Positions 57,601-64,000 of a stretch of 64,000 bases of DNA are shown here, one piece after another. The notes under the pieces are model-generated. The model saw only the letters and a program-made list of their open reading frames with translations, did no database searches and had not been told where the DNA came from. Where the stretch lies: positions 18,352,001 through 18,416,000 of the forward strand of contig OZ024741.1 of the NCBI GenBank assembly GCA_964016885.1, read 5' to 3'. This DNA is from Eledone cirrhosa (taxonomy: Eukaryota). Made by a program: the position numbers and the translations under genes. Position 1 is the first letter of the stretch. Each line of letters begins with the position of its first letter.

Positions 57601-59412
57601 TTATAACTGGCTGTCACATTACAGTACTGTTACCATACCTGAGACAGTCTTGTTTAACTGGCTGTCACATTACAGTACTGTTCACATACCTGAGACAGTG
57701 TTGTTATAACTGGCTGTCACATTACAGTACTGTTACCATACCTGAGACAGTCTTGTTATAACTGGCTGTCACATTACAGTACTGTTCACATACCTGAGAC
57801 AGTCTTGTTATAACTGGCTGTCACATTACAGTACTGTTCACATACCTGAGACAGTCTTGTTATAACTGGCTGTCACATTACAGTACTGTTCACATACCTG
57901 AGACAGTCTTGTTATAACTGGCTGTCACATTACAGTACTGTTCACATACCTGAGACAGTCTTGTTATAACTGGCTGTCACATTACAGTACTGTTCACATA
58001 CCTGAGACAGTCTTGTTATAACTGGCTGTCACATTACAGTACTGTTACCATACCTGAGACAGTCTTGTTATAACTGGCTGTCACATTACAGTACTGTTCA
58101 CATACCTGAGACAGTGTTGTTATAACTGGCTGTCACATTGCAGTACTGTTCACATACCTGAGACAGTCTTGTTATAACTGGCTGTCACATTACAGTACTG
58201 TTACCATACCTGAGACAGTCTTGTTATAACTGGCTGTCACATTACAGTACTGTTCACATACCTGAGACAGTCTTGTTATAACTGACTGTCACATTACAGT
58301 ACTGTTCACATACCTGAGACAGTCTTGTTATAACTGGCTGTCACATTACAGTACTGTTCACATACCTGAGACAGTGTTGTTATAACTGGCTGTCACATTA
58401 CAGTACTGTTACCATACCTGAGACAGTCTTGTTATAACTGGCTGTCACATTACAGTACTGTTCACATACCTGAGACAGTCTTGTTATAACTGGCTGTCAC
58501 ATTACAGTACTGTTCACATACCTGAGACAGTCTTGTTATAACTGGCTGTCACATTACAGTACTGTTCACATACCTGAGACACTCTTGTTATAACTGGCTG
58601 TCACATTACAGTACTGTTACCATACCTGAGACAGTCTTGTTATAACTGGCTGTCACATTACAGTACTGTCCACATACCTGAGACAGTGTTGTTATAACTG
58701 GCTGTCACATTACAGTACTGTCCACATACCTGAGACAGTCTTGTTATAACTGGCTGTCACATTACAGTACTGTTCACATACCTGAGACAGTCTTGTTATA
58801 ACTGGCTGTCACATTACAGTACTGTTCACATACCTGAGACAGTCTTGTTATAACTGGCTGTCACATTACAGTACTGTTCACATACCTGAGACAGTCTTGT
58901 TATAACTGGCTGTCACATTACAGTACTGTTCACATACCTGAGACAGTCTTGTTATAACTGGCTGTCACATTACAGTACTGTTACCATACCTGAGACAGTC
59001 TTGTTATAACTGGCTGTCACATTACAGTACTGTTCACATACCTGAGACAGTCTTGTTATAACTGACTGTCACATTACAGTACTGTTCACATACCTGAGAC
59101 AGTCTTGTTATAACTGGCTGTCACATTACAGTACTGTTCACATACCTGAGACAGTCTTGTTATAACTGGCTGTCACATTACAGTACTGTTCACATACCTG
59201 AGACAGTCTTGTTATAACTGGCTGTCACATTACAGTACTGTTACCATACCTGAGACAGTCTTGTTATAACTGGCTGTCACATTACAGTACTGTTCACATA
59301 CCTGAGACAGTCTTGTTATAACTGGCTGTCACATTACAGTACTGTTCCCATACCCGAGACACACTTGTTATAACTGACTGTCACATTACAGTACTGTTCA
59401 CATATCTGGGAC
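686..59412. repeat. Satellite DNA array, 52-bp monomer, 1129 complete head-to-tail units
   Basis: Consensus CACATACCTGAGACAGTCTTGTTATAACTGGCTGTCACATTACAGTACTGTT. The register recurs every 780 bp (15 x 52). First CACATACC at 693, last CACATATC at 59399; 58706 bp plus a net 2 bp of deletions = 1129 x 52. Most units differ from consensus at 0-3 positions. No inversions or foreign insertions seen. Confidence 0.99.
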
Positions 59413-59580
59413 TCTGTTGCTAACACAAACATCATACACAAATATTACAATACTGTGAATGCATCTGGGACAGTGCTGCTTTTACACAAACACATACATC
59501 ACAAGTATTATTCTCATATCTGCTATACTTATGCTGTTACAGTGACACACATACATCATAGACCACATCACAGTACTACT
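59399..59580. repeat. Transition zone of about 3 highly decayed monomers related to both neighbouring arrays
   Basis: Recurring catatctggga / gcatctgggacag / catatctg starts and attacaatactgt / catcacagtactact ends. Confidence 0.7.
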
Positions 59581-60371
59581 GACATATCTGGGGCACTTCT
59601 TGTGTTACAGACCCACAGACATCATAGACCACATCACAGTAGTGACATATCTGGGGCACTTCTTGTGTTACAGACACACAGACATCATAGACCACATCAC
59701 AGTACTACTGACATATCTGGGGCACTTCTTGTGTTACAGACCCACAGCCATCATAGACCACATCACAGTACTACTGACATATCTGGGGCACTTCTTGTGT
59801 TACAGACCCACAGACATCATAGACCACATCACAGTACTACTGACATATCTGGGGCACTTGTGTTACAGACCCACAGACATCATAGACCACATCACAGTAC
59901 TACTGACATATCTGGGGCACTTGTGTTACAGACCCACAGACATCATAGACCACATCACAGTACTACTGACATATCTGGGGCACTTCTTGTGTTACAGACA
60001 CACAGACATCATAGACCACATCACAGTACTACTGACATATCTGGGGCACTTGTGTTACAGACACACAGCCATCATAGACCACATCACAGTACTACTGACA
60101 TATCTGGGGCACTTCTTGTGTTACAGACACACAGCCATCATAGACCACATCACAGTACTACTGACATATCTGGGGCACTTGTGTTACAGACACACAGCCA
60201 TCATAGACCACATCACAGTACTACTGACATATCTGGGGCACTTCTTGTGTTACAGACACACAGCCATCATAGACCACATCGCAGTAGTGACATATCTAAG
60301 ACACTTCTGCTATTAGAGAGACACACAGACATCCTAGACTACATCACAGTACTACACATATCTGGGGCACT
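59581..60371. repeat. 66/63-bp minisatellite: 11 near-identical units, 1 diverged unit and a partial unit
   Basis: Consensus GACATATCTGGGGCAC(TTC)TTGTGTTACAGAC[A/C]CACAG[A/C]CATCATAGACCACATCACAGTACTACT. Unit starts at 59581, 59644, 59710, 59776, 59842, 59905, 59968, 60034, 60097, 60163, 60226, 60289, 60355. Confidence 0.97.
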
Positions 60372-60825
60372 GCTTAAATATCTGAACGGTGAAGACTTGG
60401 TAAAATATAGATATGGGTTCTGTAATCCGTTTGAAAATGGTTTCAGGGTTCCACGACAAAATGAGTTTGAGAACAACCTAGAACTAAGATTATCTAACAA
60501 TTGCTGAGGATTGAAAGAAATTTAACTGTTGTTTCTAGCAAATCGAGCGATCCGCATAGCTTCGCTTGTTGACTGGAAATGTGGGAGATATAACGGGGTA
60601 GGTTGTGGCTGGGTTTAGAACATAAGGAAGTCATCGATGAAGGGGATTTCTTTTGACCTTTCTAACCTTCACCCTTCCCAGCACCCCCAATAAAAGGTCA
60701 AGTAAACAAACAAACAAAGAAATACTGGAGTCTTTTATTCTTCTGAGTCAACACATGTTATATAGTTAACACACCTGGTTATATTTAGGGGGAGAGAGTG
60801 TAGAGAACACACATCCACCTCTTCT

Positions 60826-61222
60826 ACACACTCACATATATACATGTACACACGCACTTACACATACGCACACACACACACACTCAAACGCACGCACACT
60901 CACGCGCATACACACACATATATATAAAGGTGTGTGTGTATATATATATATATATTTATCCATACACTCACATATACACACACACGCACACACATACACT
61001 CATACATACGCACTTTCACACTCATACACACACGCACGCGTACACAACCACACACACACACACACATTATATATATATATATATATATTCATCCACACAC
61101 ACACACATCCACCACATCAACACACACATATACACTCACACTCACACTCATACAATGATACTCACACGCACACACACACACACACATGTACAAATGTATG
61201 TGTGTATATATATATATATATT
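60826..61222. repeat. Compound imperfect (CA)n/(TA)n microsatellite region
   Basis: Alternating CA/CG/CT-interrupted runs and TA runs (e.g. 60939-60955, 61068-61088, 61206-61221). Confidence 0.93.
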
Positions 61223-61362
61223 CATAAATATGCGCATATTTATATAAGTGTATATCTATTGTTATGTGTACATATGTAAGTGCTTCCCAATCTATATAAG
61301 ATGTTTGGTAAGAAGAGGCGGCGCTGTTAAAAAGTCTTGTAAACATCTAAACCACAAGAGAC

Positions 61363-61533
61363 CCCCCACACACCCCACTACCTACACCACTACCACCCTA
61401 AACACCTGTACTATACACCAGCAACACTACTAGTACCATACACCATCACCACCATCACCAACACCACCATCACCAACACTATCACCAACAACACCATCAC
61501 CACTATCAACACCATCACCAACACCACCAGCAT
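61363..61533. repeat. Imperfect trinucleotide repeat (CAC/CAT/CAA mixture)
   Basis: caccatcaccaccatcaccaacaccaccatcaccaacact..., strongest from 61441 to 61533. Confidence 0.85.
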
Positions 61534-61614
61534 TGATTTCAAACGAATGAAACAGATCTAGTACTGTAGAATTCATTTCTATATAAAATATATTGAATAA
61601 CTTATTTATTTGTG

Positions 61615-61814
61615 NNNNNNNNNNNNNNNNNNNNNNNNNNNNNNNNNNNNNNNNNNNNNNNNNNNNNNNNNNNNNNNNNNNNNNNNNNNNNNNNNNNNNN
61701 NNNNNNNNNNNNNNNNNNNNNNNNNNNNNNNNNNNNNNNNNNNNNNNNNNNNNNNNNNNNNNNNNNNNNNNNNNNNNNNNNNNNNNNNNNNNNNNNNNNN
61801 NNNNNNNNNNNNNN
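61615..61814. other. Assembly gap (200 N)
   Basis: Exactly 200 Ns. The round number suggests a fixed-size scaffold join, so the true distance and adjacency are unknown. Confidence 0.98.
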
Positions 61815-61975
61815 ATTTTTCGGTCGTATGGTTTATTTTAGACATAATCTATGTGTGATGGTATTTTAACGATAGTTATAGCTCTGATTTATCTGAATTA
61901 TTGAGCCCTCTGCCACTCATGTCGAATTTTGTTTATCGTGAACTCGTGCGCCGAATTTTCGATACTCGATTATTC

Positions 61976-62096
<121 letters not shown>

Positions 62097-62385
62097 AAAT
62101 AACAAGGACGATTGGTTACTCCTTCATTACGTTTATTGGTTGGTGACGTTGCGTTTCGCCACTGATCAATTCAAGATTCGATCTGTATCGATCTGACCCG
62201 ACTCTGCAATGTTAATGGAAAAATGAATATACATGCAGTATGATAAAGTCAGTACCTACAGAAACTCCAAGTTACACTCCCTGGATATATATAAATATAT
62301 ATATAGTAATAATAATAAATGTGAAGACTAAAATTCGACGATAAGGATAATATATATAAAAATATATAAAAACCGTAAAGCAAAT

Positions 62386-62479
62386 ATTTATTAAAATGAC
62401 AGATTAAAGTTTCAGAAGATCCGTTAAGGGTGAAAGCAGCGATTCTTTGCTTAAGCTTTAATCTGTTATTTTAATAAAT
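62386..62479. repeat. Inverted repeat with 27-bp arms (25/27 identical) and a 40-nt spacer; fold-back or MITE-like remnant
   Basis: ATTTATTAAAATGACAGATTAAAGTTT (62386-62412) versus the reverse complement of AAGCTTTAATCTGTTATTTTAATAAAT (62453-62479). Confidence 0.85.
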
Positions 62480-62791
62480 GAATAAATAAATAAATAATTA
62501 AGTAAATTTTGATAGAAATTCAGTAAGATTTTTGTTGGAAATAATAACATTTCTTTGGTTTGTTTGTGAGCTCTCAATTAATCTCATCTCTCACTATGCT
62601 GCAACTGATTTTTCTCCGGAAAACGGAAGAGAGTGCAGTCCTCGGACTTTTCCCTTCCCACGGAGTTTTCTATAAAAAAAAATTAGTTTTCTTTCATGGG
62701 ATTCCCTAACCCTAGGTTAAGCCTTCTATTTTTTCAAAATGGGGGGGGGGGGATATTTTTCGGAAAGGGCAGCTAAGGTAAAATTACAACA

Positions 62792-62833
62792 GCTACGTGG
62801 TTGCTTAACATGCTAGAAATAGCAGCCAAATCT
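62792..62833 (+). mobile_element. Fragment of a probable interspersed repeat; a diverged inverted copy lies at about 60518-60560
   Basis: GCTACGTGGTTGCTTAACATGCTAGAAATAGCAGCCAAATCT aligns by eye with the reverse complement of 60518-60560 (GCTATGCGGATCGCTCGATTTGCTAGAAACAACAGTTAAATTT) at about 30/43 positions, with mostly transition mismatches. Confidence 0.45.
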
Positions 62834-63053
62834 TTACGTTTTCTGAAGAAGGAATTGTTTTTGCATGATTTAGATGTCAAATCCGTTTTCACGTAATTTG
62901 GAAGTCAGAATCATTGCCCTAGCTTTATCAGGTTTTCCAAATGAAGATTTTTTTCAAAGAAAATTAGCGTCAACCGTCAGTTTTGTTCGTTGTTTACGAA
63001 AAATAAACAGAAGTTAATGCAGTATGTGTGTGCTATCAGACAGACAGGCACAC

Positions 63054-63084
63054 CTCTCTATCTCTCTCTCTCTCTATATATATA
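63054..63084. repeat. Short (CT)n(AT)n microsatellite
   Basis: ctctctatctctctctctctctatatatata. Confidence 0.85.
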
Positions 63085-63310
63085 GCTGCAGTACCGGTAA
63101 TACCCGGAAAATGTGGGGTTATTCGCAGTTCCCAGAGTACGCCTGAAAATGTTAGCGACCCTGGGTGCCCATACTGGATTTTCAATAGCAACCTTTGCTA
63201 GGTGTGTTTATGGCAGATCAATTTATTGTGTGGAACTATCAATAGCTGTTTCAGTCATAAGTCCTTCTTCCATCCAGCTTTCTTCATTCAGAGTGAATAA
63301 GCCGGGGAAG

Positions 63311-63346
63311 TTTGAATAAGTTCGATGAGTATCGAACTTATTCAAA
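63311..63346. repeat. Perfect 16-bp inverted repeat with a 4-nt loop
   Basis: TTTGAATAAGTTCGAT-GAGT-ATCGAACTTATTCAAA. Confidence 0.92.
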
Positions 63347-64000
63347 AAAACTTATGTATAAGAATAGCAAACTTACTGCCTTAACGCTCAAGGACAAACA
63401 CAGAACAATTGAGGAAGTCATCGCAATTATTGAAGAAATTATAAGCGAGTGAACATATTCAGGTACTGTTGAAGCACCCTGTATATCAGCGATTGTAAAG
63501 CCCTGAAGCAATTCAATAAAACCATCCGTTTTCCCCTTATAGTAGACATCTAAACTACCCTAAATCGTCACCCTACGTCCTTTTTGCATGATATAAGTAA
63601 GTTGGGCGATAGGAAAATCGAAAGATTTTAACTGTTAGTTCCGTAGGTAACTGCAAAAAACGGCGCAAAGTGACGATTCAGCGCACTTCACAAGCTTGAC
63701 AGTAACCAAGAAGGTGGTGGGCGTGGGGGTCATCTGATGAGCTGTGTCGCTAAGCAAATAAGCAGTGAAACCGTTGATCGCTAATAACTCTGTTGGCTTT
63801 CTACATCCTGACATTGTAAGCGCACACTACATGCGGGTTGCTTTCTGTAATGCTCAGTTAGTAAGTTCACAACTTGTAGTTTAAGTGTTAAGAAATAGAA
63901 TTGCTTAGATATAGTACTCTAACATAAAGGCATTAAACATGGGCTTGCCGAGTAGTGTTAAGGTTGCAAGCAAAAAGATTGTTGTTTAAGTGAAAACGAA

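Noticed and set aside
686-59412. CRISPR array interpretation of the palindromic repeat
   Set aside because: No unique spacers, units are head-to-tail, no cas genes, and the context is eukaryotic.
686-59412. Coding repeat or tandem RNA-gene array (tRNA, 5S, spliced leader)
   Set aside because: 52 is not a multiple of 3 and TAA/TGA cycle through all frames on both strands. No A/B boxes, cloverleaf or U-rich Sm site; the unit is too short for such genes.
59600-60316. 238-aa ORF (CYRHTDIIDHITVLLTYLGH repeats) as a zinc-finger-like protein
   Set aside because: One Cys per unit, no C2H2 spacing or TGEKP linker, non-ATG start, and confined to the repeat.
59568-60352. CACAGTA as a V(D)J/Transib RSS heptamer
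   Set aside because: Imperfect heptamer with no ACAAAAACC-like nonamer at 12 or 23 bp.
60930-61433. Five short ORFs
   Set aside because: THTH, YIYI and CVCV products of CA/TA microsatellites and low-complexity sequence.
61593-61869. Four ORFs containing X runs
   Set aside because: Artefacts of the 200-N gap.
62704-62720. CCCTAACCCTAG as a telomeric repeat
   Set aside because: Under two full units; not an array.
63113-63319. 68-aa ORF
   Set aside because: GTG start, short, no recognisable motif; the minus-strand reading inspected showed no transposase or helicase motif.

Overview
Eukaryotic (probably animal), repeat-dominated window with no credible protein-coding gene. About 92% of it (686-59412) is one uninterrupted tandem array of a 52-bp monomer, consensus CACATACCTGAGACAGTCTTGTTATAACTGGCTGTCACATTACAGTACTGTT. 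Tracking the register gives 1129 complete units and only four 1-bp indels. Each monomer contains two dyad-symmetric elements, and on the minus strand it reads as a 52-nt GTATGT...CTCAG unit with the ends of an intron. Rare variant monomers reveal nested duplications with offsets of 5, 9, 20, 57, 63, 120, 165 and 443 monomers. On the right the array grades through decayed monomers into a related 66/63-bp minisatellite (59581-60371) that carries a His-rich open frame. The flanks contain (TA)n, (GA)n, (CA)n and CAC-type microsatellites, a 200-N scaffold gap, two hairpins and faint transposon-end-like remnants. Functional interpretations are inferences; the structural observations are read directly from the sequence.
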